DNA of 64,000 bases from assembly GCA_963845755.1 (NCBI GenBank), contig CAWJTV010000020.1:1-64000 (forward strand). Reading direction: 5' to 3'. The DNA is from an uncultured Planctomycetota bacterium. GTDB taxonomy: Bacteria > Planctomycetota > Planctomycetia > Isosphaerales > Isosphaeraceae. The position numbers and the translations under genes were made by a program. Positions within the stretch are counted from its first letter, which is position 1; each line of letters opens with the position of its first letter. The notes under the pieces were generated by a model, which saw only the letters and a list, made by a program, of their open reading frames with translations, searched no databases and was not told the DNA's origin. Below, one piece after another: positions 10,328-20,271 of the stretch.

Positions 10328-11975
10328 TCATGGGGATCGGAGCGCGGCGAGGAGCTGCCGGCCATTCGGGCTGCCCCAACCCGTGGAGGCATCCCACCCG
10401 GAGCCCGCGGTATGCCCTTTCACATTGTCGGTGCCGTTATTCCCCTCGGTGATGTCGCGGAGAACGCCATCGGGTCCAAGCTTCTTGTACAGGAGCGGAT
10501 TGATGAGGCCGACGTTACGCCCCAGGCCCTGATTGATCAATGCGATCAGTCCCGCCCACAATGGGCCGCTCGCCGATGTTCCCCCCACCTGCGTGGCCTG
10601 TCCGTGAATGTAGACCAGGTAGCCGGAATCCGGCGAGGCATTCGCCGCGACGTCCGGGATGCCTCGACCTGGCTTACCGTCCTTCCGAGGGGGGACGTTC
10701 ACGGCCGATTGCCAGTCCGGTCGGGGGAAGAGCGTACTGACACCGCCCCCGGTTGCGCCGCCAGATCGATTGTTCCATGTGACTTCCGAGGTGATCTTGC
10801 CTCCGCTTCTGACCAGGCGGGTGCCACCGACCGCGAGTACGTAGGGACTCGATGCGGGGAAGTCAACGTGGGCTTCCCCGTCCTCGATTCCATCCGTGAC
10901 GCCCCGGTCGCCGGTCCCGGTGACCACGGTTATGCCCTGTAATGAGCCCTCCAAGAACATCTTATTGAGCGCATGCGCTGCGGGAGCGGACCACTGGCTT
11001 TCCGGCGATCCCCAGGAGATACAGAGCACGGACGGACGATTGGCGGCATCATGGGCTGCGGCAGCCACCGCGTCGAACGAAACCCACATCGGTGTTGGGG
11101 GCGAAGTAAACGACGATATGGGCACCGGGGGCGACTGCACCCGCGATCTCGATATCGAGGGTGACCTGCGAATCCGCCTCCGTGCCCGGCTGATTCTGCA
11201 CTCCGTGGACAGAGACCGACGTGACCTTGGGCCTTGGAAGATTCAGGCGGGCGAAGTAGGCGTCCAGGTCCGAATCGGAATAACCGCCGCCCAGTTCGAT
11301 GAGTCCGATCGTTTGACCCTTACCGTCGAATTCGGTCGGGAAGTCGTAATACTTCGCGATTTCCGGGACGGACAACGGAGCCGGCGCGGCCTGGGGACTC
11401 GGGCTGCGGAGCGTCTGGGGCGGCCCTGAGCCGGGACCGGTGCGTTGCACCAGCACCGTGATGATACTGTCTGCCTGCCCCTTATCTTTCTGGATCGCGC
11501 TCAATAAATCCTGGGCCTCTCCCTGAGCCTTGGCGAGGAACTCTTGCACCTGTTGCCGAGTCGATTCCACGAGCTTTCTGTTCGTTTCGACGGATGCGGC
11601 AGCGTCGAGTATCTTCTGGTTGGTCTTTTGGACCTGGTCCTGGGACTCACGAATCGTTATCTGCATGTCTTTGACATCGGCCTGGGCTCGCTGGACGACT
11701 TCGGCGGCGTCCCTGACCTTGTCGGCGGCCGTATCGATCTTGAATCCCCAGATGACACCGCCAACCAGGGTGAAGATCGTCAGCACCGCCCCGACGAACT
11801 TCCCGAACCGGATCAGGCTCTTGTCGACGATGTACACAGCCTGATCCGGCCCGGGGGCCGGTGTCGCGACCGTGGACTCGGGGCCGGGCTGGGGGAGGAT
11901 CAGTGACGACGCACAGTACCGGCACTTGACCGCGTCGTCCCGGATCTCTTCTCGGCAGAATGGACAGGTTTTCAT
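10328..11975 (-). CDS. Zinc ribbon-TM-coiled coil-S53 (kumamolisin/sedolisin) peptidase fusion (frameshift near 11085)
   Basis: CPFC..CRYC, TM helix, IGLIELGGGY, LDIEIAG, ISWG, GDRG, FPASSPYVLAVGGT, GGTSA. Confidence 0.85.
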
Positions 11976-12249
11976 GGAGAGGCTCCCGGCAGCTTGGTCG
12001 CGTTGCCGATGTCCGGAAGATACACGTCTACGTGCGGAATACTCGGAAATCCCAACCGCGTCGGACTCGAGAGCGAACCCACGCACTCGACGTAGACGTC
12101 AGCAACGCGGGGCGCAACCCGTCTCACGGCCGGATCACCGCGCTCGAAAATCAAATCGAGGTCGATCATGACCGGTTTGGACGCCTATAATACAACGAGA
12201 CCGTAATCCAGGTCTCGATCCCCTCGGCGGATTTCCGGAGTGCTCGTCC

Positions 12250-12609
12250 TTGTGGAACGACCAGAGCCTCGAAGAGCTGCATCAACTTTCGTCGTTGAAG
12301 CACGTGCTGAGCTGGTCGTTGGACCGGAATCCGCGCGCGGAATTCGTCGATGTGGTCGTGCAGGACGAGTATCATCACGACGTCTTCGTTCGGATCTCGG
12401 ATCGGGTCTTCGCCGTGTTTGAGACGAGCTGACTGGGCGCCGTGATGGCGGTCGCCATCTGGGACCATCACCCGACGCCGCGGGAGTTGCTCGATCGTCG
12501 GCTGGAGCGCGGTTGGCGGCCGACTCCCACGGCGATGAGGGACGGCGATGTCATCCTCGGTTTCGCAGCCTGCTGTTCGCCTGAGATCGGGTCCGCCGGG
12601 TCGTGTTGA
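12250..12609 (+). CDS. Candidate selenoprotein (Sec TGA 12430-12432); true start may be ATG 12168 with an indel
   Basis: Frame stays open for 58 codons after the TGA; SECIS-like hairpin starts 11 nt downstream. Confidence 0.65.
12430..12459 (+). promoter_or_regulatory. Putative bacterial SECIS element
   Basis: TGA + 11 nt + GATGGC-GGTC-GCCATC stem-loop; same spacing and GGUC loop as E. coli fdhF. Confidence 0.65.
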
Positions 12610-12675
12610 TTCCCAGTCCAGGGAGAGTCCTCGCACGACGATCGACCGCCGGGCTTTAGTGGAAGGAAAGCCACC

Positions 12676-12912
12676 GTGACGAACACAGTCGATGCTCTGG
12701 TCCTCGACCTGCTCGAATGGATCGGCTCGGATGCTCGCCCCTACGCCGAAGTCATCGACGCGTGGCGGACGTCTTGCCCGCGCCTACCCGTCTGGGAAGA
12801 GGCCAATCAAAGAGGTTTCATCGAACATCAGCATGAAACCGGACGCGGAAGGTCCGTATCCGTTTCAGCCTTGGGAACCGAGCACCTGAGGACCTATCGA
12901 CCGCCGCGTTGA
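12676..12912 (+). CDS. Small hypothetical protein (WRTSCPRL motif)
   Basis: GGAAGGA RBS and GTG start; LDLLEWI..RPYAEVIDAWRTSCPRLPVWEEA. Confidence 0.75.
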   Translation: MTNTVDALVLDLLEWIGSDARPYAEVIDAWRTSCPRLPVWEEANQRGFIEHQHETGRGRSVSVSALGTEHLRTYRPPR

Positions 12913-12955
12913 AACCCTCCCGACGGATCGCCCGGACGGTATTGCGTGGTAGGCT

Positions 12956-13014
12956 CCTCGCGCGTTCTTTGACCGCAGCCCAGGAAGGATTCCTGATCCG
13001 AGATTCCAGATTCA
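12956..13014. repeat. Degenerate partial copy of the ~145-bp repeat
   Basis: Aligns by eye to 60332-60390. Confidence 0.55.
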
Positions 13015-14010
13015 ATCCGGGATGTAGAGCAGATACTCCGGATTGTCGGGCAGCGGATTGGCGGCCCAGGCGGTGGACGATGAGAAGTCGGGCGTGTACT
13101 TGAAGACGTCGTACTTCGTCCGGATGGCGACGTGGAAGTAGCCCTGGCTATCGAAGGCCATGCCGGAAACGTCGCCCGAAAGGTTCGAAAGCGCGGGGAT
13201 CGGCGTGAGGGTCCAGGGCGGCACGATCGCCGAGGCGGGGTTCGGGATCGGGCTCGAGAGGACCTGATTGCCAGCGCCCACGTAGATCGTGCCGGCGTGG
13301 ATCAGGACCTGGACGGGTGAGGTCAAGAGATTGCTGTTGAGGATCGGCTGGCCGGTGGTGGGGTCGTAAATGCGGACCAGCCCGCCGGGCTCGTCCACGA
13401 CGAAGAGCAGGCCGGAATTGTAGAACAGACCGCGTACCGAGTTCTTGACCTTGCCCTGCTTCTGCTCGACCCCCAGCCCGCCCTGGGCGACCGTCACGTC
13501 GGAAGGGGGATGCTTCGTCACCTTGGCCACGTCGGGTAAATCCCCCACGCTGGAGGCCACGAGCGTCCCTTTGAGGAATTTGCCCGAGAGCCCCAGACCC
13601 GCCAGGTAGGGCGACGCGTCGAAAGCCGGCGACGCCGACTGGCCGTCGGTGGCGACGTCGAAGGCGGCGACCACGTTCGAGTCCTGGTTCGACACGTAGC
13701 AATGCCCCGCGCCGTCGAAGCTGAGCGCGTAGGGGTGAATGAGCGACTTCGGGCCGCCCGCGGACGGCGAGGGGATGAAGGTGCTCTTGTAGGTGTAGCT
13801 CGTCAACGAGCCCTCGAAGCAGAGGACATTGCTGGTCGACGCGGCCCCGTTGGCCACGTAGAGCAATCCTGCTGCCGAGTTGAGGTACAGCCCCCGTAAC
13901 TCTGCCAGAGTCTGGCCGGAGGGGTTGAGGACGTTTGCAGCGGTCAAGTTGCCATCGTCGTCGTAGGCGTTGACGTTGGCCACGGTCTGGTGGAATGTCA
14001 CGAAGAACAT
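13012..14010 (-). CDS. Beta-propeller (NHL/SMP-30-like) protein
   Basis: HPYALSFDGAGHCYVSNQDSNVV, SGMAFDSQGYFHVA repeats. Confidence 0.7.
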   Translation of the reverse strand: MFFVTFHQTVANVNAYDDDGNLTAANVLNPSGQTLAELRGLYLNSAAGLLYVANGAASTSNVLCFEGSLTSYTYKSTFIPSPSAGGPKSLIHPYALSFDGAGHCYVSNQDSNVVAAFDVATDGQSASPAFDASPYLAGLGLSGKFLKGTLVASSVGDLPDVAKVTKHPPSDVTVAQGGLGVEQKQGKVKNSVRGLFYNSGLLFVVDEPGGLVRIYDPTTGQPILNSNLLTSPVQVLIHAGTIYVGAGNQVLSSPIPNPASAIVPPWTLTPIPALSNLSGDVSGMAFDSQGYFHVAIRTKYDVFKYTPDFSSSTAWAANPLPDNPEYLLYIPD

Positions 14011-14033
14011 GGTTCGACCTCCCGGGGTCAGGA

Positions 14034-15212
14034 TCACCTTCGGATGCGACCGGCACCGGTCTCATCGCGCGCGGGCTTCAGGACGTGTTCCAGGAAGAGA
14101 TACAGTTGCTCGTTCGACTCGGCCGTCGGTGCGTGGCTCGGGCGGTTGGTCATCGCGACACGCCGCTCCTTGCCCAGGAGCCGGTTGACCGCAATCGTAT
14201 GGTTCAGCGCCTTCCAGCGCTCGGGCGGATCCTCGGAGCCGCCCGAGACCAGGAACGGCCGAGGAGCCATCAGCGCGTGCAGCTCATGGAGGTCATGCCT
14301 GGCATCGACCAGTCTCTTGTAGGCGCCGGTCCTCGGATTCTCGGCGAAGGGAATACCCGGCTTGCGCGTTCGGCCCGGCTCCCAGCCCAGATACCAGGGT
14401 TCCCAGTAGTTGACGTTCGGTCGGGTCTCGTCGAAGACAATGCCCGGGTCGGACCACACCGCGCAGGCGAACCTGTCGAAGAGACAGGATGCGAACATCG
14501 CCCACTTGCCGCCATACGAATGCCCGAGGACGCCGATTCGGTCGGGATCGACCTGAGGCATCCTCGCCAGCGCGTCGTAAGAATTCGCGGCGATATAGGC
14601 GTGAAAGGAGAGCGGCTGGAGCTCGGGCGCCTCCGGGTTCGGATAAGTCGCCGCCGGGTCGCAACCCAGCGATAGCGTTACGTATCCCCGCCGCGCCAAT
14701 TGAAAGGCGAAGTCCAGCAGTCCCGGCCGCCCCCGACCGATGCCCGTCTTCGCGTCGTAGAAGACCACCAGCACCGGCGGGAACGGCCCGTCGCCGTCGG
14801 GAAGGAGGAGATAGGCGTCCTCCGTGGTGCGATCGGGGGCGATCTCGAGGCGGACATGGTGCTGGGTCAGGTTGTCGCGCCGTTCTCGCTCGAGGTACTC
14901 GATGCGGGGCCGCGCGATCCGTGGCGGCCAGGTGCCAAGGAATCCGTGCCAGGTCTGCTTGATCTCAATACGGCGCCGGTTCCAGTCGACGACGGTTCGG
15001 ACGGGACTGCCGTCGCGGAATCGCAGGGGCGAGCGATAGGTGCCCAGGTCGTTGGCCAGGTCGGCCGGCGGGCGGAAGAACGGCGCGAGACGGTCGCCGA
15101 GGGCTTGCCGACCCTCCCGGTCGAGAGGCGGTTGAGCGTCGTCGCCCGAGGCGGCGGCGGGCCATACCGCGAGGATGCCGGCGAGAAACCAGGAGCAGCG
15201 TGTCATACTCAC
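14034..15212 (-). CDS. Secreted alpha/beta hydrolase (dienelactone hydrolase-like)
   Basis: Signal peptide; DPDRIGVLGHSYGG; HELHALMAPRPFL. Confidence 0.85.
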   Translation of the reverse strand: MSMTRCSWFLAGILAVWPAAASGDDAQPPLDREGRQALGDRLAPFFRPPADLANDLGTYRSPLRFRDGSPVRTVVDWNRRRIEIKQTWHGFLGTWPPRIARPRIEYLERERRDNLTQHHVRLEIAPDRTTEDAYLLLPDGDGPFPPVLVVFYDAKTGIGRGRPGLLDFAFQLARRGYVTLSLGCDPAATYPNPEAPELQPLSFHAYIAANSYDALARMPQVDPDRIGVLGHSYGGKWAMFASCLFDRFACAVWSDPGIVFDETRPNVNYWEPWYLGWEPGRTRKPGIPFAENPRTGAYKRLVDARHDLHELHALMAPRPFLVSGGSEDPPERWKALNHTIAVNRLLGKERRVAMTNRPSHAPTAESNEQLYLFLEHVLKPARDETGAGRIRR

Positions 15213-15257
15213 GAGACCCGTCCCCAGGGAATGGTCGTCGATCGAGAACCGTCACTC

Positions 15258-16307
15258 TCAGGCACCGAGGCCGGGGATCCAGCGCAGGGCGTTCTCGCGG
15301 AAGATCTTCCGCAAGACACCGTCGGGGAGGGCCAGGCCCTGCGTCGGATGGCCATCGTAATCGAACCTGTCACTGCCCGAGAAGAACGCCCAGTCCCGGT
15401 CGTGCCTCGCCTGGAACGACCGAGCAGCAGCGGCAGGACTGCCGTCGCGGAGGGAGAAGTCGGTCGCATAGAGGATTCGGTCTTGATACTGGGTCAGAAA
15501 CTCCCGGACCTGGTCGCGGTCGCCACGAACGAAGTAGCGCACGCGCGCGGCCGTGTCCACCGCGAAATTGGGATAGGCGTCGAGGCGTTTCGCTTGTCGC
15601 TTCAGGTTGTCCTCGTCGCTGCCCAGGTGGCAGCCGACCACGCGCAGTTTCGGATAGCGAGCGAGAACCCGATCGCGGGCCGTCAGAATCGATTCCTTGA
15701 CGGGCGCTCCGGCCTTGCCATACATGTGCCATTGCGGGTTGTTCGAGTAGTACGTGATTTCCGGATTCCTGGCATCCAGCGGCAGCCACGCTCCGTCCGG
15801 CTCGGCGAGGTGGGCGATCAGTGTCTTGCCGGCTTTCTGGATCGCCTCGTAGATCGACAGCAGGGCGGGATTGTCCGGAAGGAGATAGGCGCCGGTCTTC
15901 GACTTGATGGACATCCCGATGTTCTTCCAGATCTTGACTGCGACAGCACCGTCGTCGAAGGACTGGCGGATGCGATGGATCGCGCGGTCGGCAAACCCGG
16001 GACTCTCGAATGCGCGGGCATCGAACGTCGACGCCCAGGCCAGCTTGCCGCCGCTGTCGCGCTGGACCTTCAAGGTGGCGCGGAGCTTCTCCTCGAGGTC
16101 GAATGATTCGTCGCCGCTGGCGGGGCAGACGACGATGTCCAGCCCATGCCACTTCCAAGTCTTCAGGGCGTCCAGGAACTCGGGGGCGTCGCGGTGAATG
16201 TGGACATGGGTGTCGATCCGCTCGAAGTCGGGCCCTTCCGCGGCACGGGTTACCCCAACGAGCGCCGGCACGGGGATCAAGCGAAGGACATCTCTCCGGG
16301 TCAGCAT
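15258..16307 (-). CDS. Tat-exported amidohydrolase family protein
   Basis: TRRDVL twin-Arg signal; IDTHVH; VGCHLG; RILYATD. Confidence 0.85.
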   Translation of the reverse strand: MLTRRDVLRLIPVPALVGVTRAAEGPDFERIDTHVHIHRDAPEFLDALKTWKWHGLDIVVCPASGDESFDLEEKLRATLKVQRDSGGKLAWASTFDARAFESPGFADRAIHRIRQSFDDGAVAVKIWKNIGMSIKSKTGAYLLPDNPALLSIYEAIQKAGKTLIAHLAEPDGAWLPLDARNPEITYYSNNPQWHMYGKAGAPVKESILTARDRVLARYPKLRVVGCHLGSDEDNLKRQAKRLDAYPNFAVDTAARVRYFVRGDRDQVREFLTQYQDRILYATDFSLRDGSPAAAARSFQARHDRDWAFFSGSDRFDYDGHPTQGLALPDGVLRKIFRENALRWIPGLGA

Positions 16308-16344
16308 AGAATCACCTCATGTGTATTTTTACAATCGCGATCGT

Positions 16345-18327
16345 TCAGGGGGCTTTCGGCGATGATGCCTTTTCGGGTGTGCGGAGCGTTCGCAAGCGTT
16401 CGCGGGCGGCTCGGTCGATCCACGAGGTGCGGCATTCCTCGCAGAGTTGCTCGAAGAGTCGGATCGCCGCGTCTTTCTGGCCTGCCCGTGCAAGGGCGTT
16501 GGCCTTGTTGAATCGCTCTTCGCCCGTGGTGAGGACCGTGGCCATGATCCGGATGGCCTCGTCCCGGGTCACGTTCGACGGGACCTTGGCCAGGACCGGC
16601 GGGTTGGGTTCTGTGAGCGGCCCGTAGGCCTCCGGAACACGCTCGCGGAACAGACGACCGCGCATATCTTGCTGGGTATTGTAGGCGTCGCCGCCCTCGC
16701 GACCTCCGTGGGGATCGATGTCAGCGATGGCCAGTCCATCGGGTTCCTGCGCGGTGGCGATGATCTTGCCGTGCGGTGAGATGATCATGCTGCCCTGTCC
16801 GCGCATCGCGACGACCAGGTAGACGAAGTTCTCGGCGGCCCGAGTGCGGAAGGCGGCCAGGCTGAGGTCGTCGTCGCCAATGGCTGCACCGCCGAGCGTG
16901 GGATGGAACACGATGTCGGCCCCTCGCAAGGCCAGGCACCGCGCCGCTTCCGGAAAGACCATGTCGTAGCAGATCAGCATCCCGACCGTTCCCAGGTCGG
17001 GCGTGGGGAAGACCGGGAACTCGTGACCACGCGCCCGGCCCTGCTCGATGAGCGGCAGGTTTACCTTGTGGTAACGGCCGATCTCCTGGCCGTCGCGGCC
17101 GAGCAAGAACGACGTGTTGTACGCGCGCCCGTCGCTTTCGAGCGCGTCATTACACACGATCAGATACATGCGATGCTGCGCGGCCGCCCGGCCCAAGCGG
17201 TCGAGCATGCTTTGAACCGACCGGGGAAGCACCGCGTCGAGCGACTCGGGGTTCGCCGCTTCCCAGCGGAGAAGACCCAGGGTATCCTCCGGGAACGCCA
17301 TCGCGTTGCAGCCGGCCTTGCCGGCCTTGTGGACCAGACTCTCCAGCTCCGTCAGCGACTGATCGACGCGTGCGAGGACCTCGGCAGGTCGGAGCCGGAA
17401 GTCAATCGTCCGGTTCCTGGGCTGGGCCGCGGCCACGCGCATCCGGTCGTGTCTCGCCGGTTCGGCGACGCTGCTCAACCGACTGGTCCCGACGGTCAGG
17501 TCGTCGATCCAAAGGGTCTGTTCGTGCGGCAGCAGGCCCTCGCCGAAATACGGAGCGATCAGGAACTGGTTGAATTGCATCTTCGGGAAATCGGTCGAGC
17601 GGAGGACCACGTCGGTACGGTCCACGACGAGCCGGCCGTCGAACCACCCGCGCACGATTCCGTCATGGTTCGGCCGGTCGGCCTTCAGGTCCAGGCTGTT
17701 CAGCGTGAACAGGGCCTCGACGCAGTGCCAGGCATCGTCCGTGAAGAGCTTGTCTTTGCTGTCGTAAAACGCCCCATTGTAGCCGCCGCGGAGCGGGCCC
17801 TGGGTCAGTCCATGGGGGGCGTTCTGGTTCTGGATGTCCTGGGCCGCGAGTCGCAACCGGCCCTCCTGGGGCTCGATGTACAACGTCAGGTGGCTGGCGG
17901 CCGGGCCGTGGTAGCGGTCGTTCTCGGTGGTCAGGAAGTGCATCAGGTGCGGATGGTACGAGCGACCACTCCAGCTCCATCCCGGCGAGAGTTTGATGAA
18001 GAATCGCACGTAAACGGTGTCCGACGGCCGGAACAGCCGGCGCAGGATCGACGAGCGTTCGGGAGTCGTCGTGCGCGGTTTCCATTCGTATTCGATACAG
18101 CCGCCGGCGTGAGCGCCTTCGCGGGAGATCGCGAAGGTTTGTCCGTCGTACCAGCCTCTTTCGGGCAGTCGGGCGTCATCGAAGGATTCGCGGAAGAGGA
18201 CGTCTGGCACCTGGTCCGAGGCTTCCTCACCGGCGACTCTGAGGGTGGTCGTCCCGAGGACGGCCGCGGCCCAGAGTGCTGCCGCGATTACACCTCGACG
18301 GCATTGATTAAATAAAGTGATATTCAT
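16345..18327 (-). CDS. Secreted fusion: beta-jelly-roll (lyase/lectin-like) domain + carbon-nitrogen hydrolase
   Basis: FPE, YHK and ICYD nitrilase triad motifs; N-domain WHCVE..DGIVRGWFDG..WIDDL. Confidence 0.8.
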   Translation of the reverse strand: MNITLFNQCRRGVIAAALWAAAVLGTTTLRVAGEEASDQVPDVLFRESFDDARLPERGWYDGQTFAISREGAHAGGCIEYEWKPRTTTPERSSILRRLFRPSDTVYVRFFIKLSPGWSWSGRSYHPHLMHFLTTENDRYHGPAASHLTLYIEPQEGRLRLAAQDIQNQNAPHGLTQGPLRGGYNGAFYDSKDKLFTDDAWHCVEALFTLNSLDLKADRPNHDGIVRGWFDGRLVVDRTDVVLRSTDFPKMQFNQFLIAPYFGEGLLPHEQTLWIDDLTVGTSRLSSVAEPARHDRMRVAAAQPRNRTIDFRLRPAEVLARVDQSLTELESLVHKAGKAGCNAMAFPEDTLGLLRWEAANPESLDAVLPRSVQSMLDRLGRAAAQHRMYLIVCNDALESDGRAYNTSFLLGRDGQEIGRYHKVNLPLIEQGRARGHEFPVFPTPDLGTVGMLICYDMVFPEAARCLALRGADIVFHPTLGGAAIGDDDLSLAAFRTRAAENFVYLVVAMRGQGSMIISPHGKIIATAQEPDGLAIADIDPHGGREGGDAYNTQQDMRGRLFRERVPEAYGPLTEPNPPVLAKVPSNVTRDEAIRIMATVLTTGEERFNKANALARAGQKDAAIRLFEQLCEECRTSWIDRAARERLRTLRTPEKASSPKAP

Positions 18328-18337
18328 AATTTTATCT

Positions 18338-18487
18338 TAACTCGGCTTTTGGCCGCAACCCGATAGGGATTCCGGATTCGAGATTCCGGATTCGAGATTC
18401 CGGATGAGAAGGACTCGGGAATCTCGAATTGACGGGACTCCGCACGATTCGCGCATGCCGTGGACATCGTACCAAGGAAGACACGAC
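18338..18487. repeat. Full copy of the ~145-bp repeat (inverted relative to the 1101 array)
   Basis: CGGCTTTTGGCCGCAACCC-GGATTCC heptamers-GGAATCTCGAAT...GGAAGAC. Confidence 0.8.
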
Positions 18488-18571
18488 TCACGTGGGAACC
18501 AGGCTCCCACCTCCGATTCCAGTAGGATAGCCATGCAGGCTGGCGGCCGCCATCTCCCAGAAGGACTGGGG

Positions 18572-19712
18572 TCAGGATGTCGCCACGCCCATCGGATTCA
18601 GCACCGGCAAATGGTAGAGCATCAGATAGATGACGACGCCGGTGATGGCAACGTAGAGCCAGATCGGGAATGTGAGCGTGGCGATCCGCGTGTGTCCGGC
18701 GAGGTTGCCACGCCAGCCGCGGAGGACCGTCATGACGATGAGCGGGACGGAGGCCGTCGCCAGCACGGTGTGGGAGAGCAGGATCGCGAGGTAAACAACG
18801 CGGAGAAGTCCTCCCTGCGGGAACCGGACGCTGCCGGCACGGTAATGATAGACCAGATAGGAGGTGAGGAACAGCGTTGAAGTGGCGACCGCGGAGACCA
18901 TGCACGTGATGTGCGCCTTTACCAACGGATGGCCCCAGATGGCGGGTTGGAAATCCGGTGCGACAGCGTCGGGTCTCGTGGCCGCGATCCGATACTGACG
19001 GATCAACAACCAACCGGTCAGGAGCAAGGCGGCGCTCAGGGCATTGAGGCTCGCGTTGACGGTCGGGAGCAGCCGAACCCACCCCGGCAAGGCCCGGCGC
19101 CGGGCCTGGACGACCAGGGCATCGACGACCTCCGGGTCGCTCGACTCGAACAGGCCCACAATGCGGCCGCGATCGACCAGAGCAAGGCGATCGCTATGGC
19201 TGATCGCCTCCGTGCCGGTCTCCGGGTCGGGGGAGGCGGCCTCCATCACGGGCAGCTTGAAACGGTCCCGGATGAGGTCGTAAATCGTCGCCTTGGGACC
19301 TGTCAGGAACCACCAGCGATCGGCGACCGCACCGAAGCGCTGGGCGTAGTCTCGAAGGACCGAGGGTGAGTCATGCTCCGGATCGACCGAGATGCTGACC
19401 AGCAAGACGTTCGACCCGGCCAATCGAGTTTGCAAGCCCTTCATCACGCCCGAGATCCGAGGACAGGAGAGCGGGCATCGGGTGAAGATGAACGAGGCGA
19501 TCGCCACCCGATTCGCCAGGTCGTCCTGGGTGACCGTGCGGCCCGATCGTTCCTCCAGCCGGAATGGGCCCAGTGATGGGGCCGACGGGCCCAGATCGTG
19601 GGCGGCGAGGGGCCGCGGGCCCGTCGCGGCTCGCCGTGACCAGGCAGGCCACGGCCGAGATCAAGACGGTCCCGAAGACGATCCGGACACCCACTCGATA
19701 GAATCTGGACAC
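18572..19712 (-). CDS. SCO1/SenC + DUF420 fusion (frameshifted)
   Basis: FTRCPLSCP, SVDPEHD, HSDR; LPTVNASLN, YLAILLSH, WLYVAITG. Confidence 0.85.
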
Positions 19713-19792
19713 GGTATCGCTCGGGATATGGGGTGGACCTACCGCGGTTTTCGTTCAGGAGCAGGAGAGCTTCGGTCGGTCCGTGGGCGGGT

Positions 19793-20230
19793 TCAGGACA
19801 CCCGCGCACCTCGGCTCCCGACGGGGAACGCTGATGGGATGCCGGGCACGTGATCCGCCGGCGCCACCCACACCGCCGTTTCCGATTCTTCTTCATCATC
19901 CGTCGGCTTGAAGGCAACATCGGGACAGAGCGCCGTAACGAGGATGGTTGCCAGGATCACCGCCGGGATGATCAAGGCATAGACCCACTTTCCCTCGAAC
20001 TTCAGGTGCATGAAGTACCAGCCCACCATCCCGGCCTTGATCCCCGCCACGAGCAGCAGGCCCGAGAGCAGGATGAGGAAGACGTCCTTGGCGATGAAGG
20101 CGTAGAAATACTCGACCAGGGTGAAGACCAGCAACCAGAGCCAGACCCACAGATAGGGGGCATGGGCTTCCTTCTGGTGTTCTTCGGCGACTTCCGTCGG
20201 AGACAGGACCTTGGTATCGGGCATCGGCAT
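19793..20230 (-). CDS. ctaF: Cytochrome c oxidase subunit IV
   Basis: YLWVWLWLLVFTLVE..KAGMVGWYFMHLKFE. Confidence 0.85.
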   Translation of the reverse strand: MPMPDTKVLSPTEVAEEHQKEAHAPYLWVWLWLLVFTLVEYFYAFIAKDVFLILLSGLLLVAGIKAGMVGWYFMHLKFEGKWVYALIIPAVILATILVTALCPDVAFKPTDDEEESETAVWVAPADHVPGIPSAFPVGSRGARVS

Positions 20231-20271
20231 GATCCTTAATACAGGAGGACGAGGTCCTAGCGTACACCCCA

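Noticed and set aside
12607..12912. Second Sec read-through fusing the candidate selenoprotein to the in-frame WRTSCPRL ORF
   Set aside because: The frame is shared, but there is no convincing hairpin at +11 and the downstream ORF has its own RBS.
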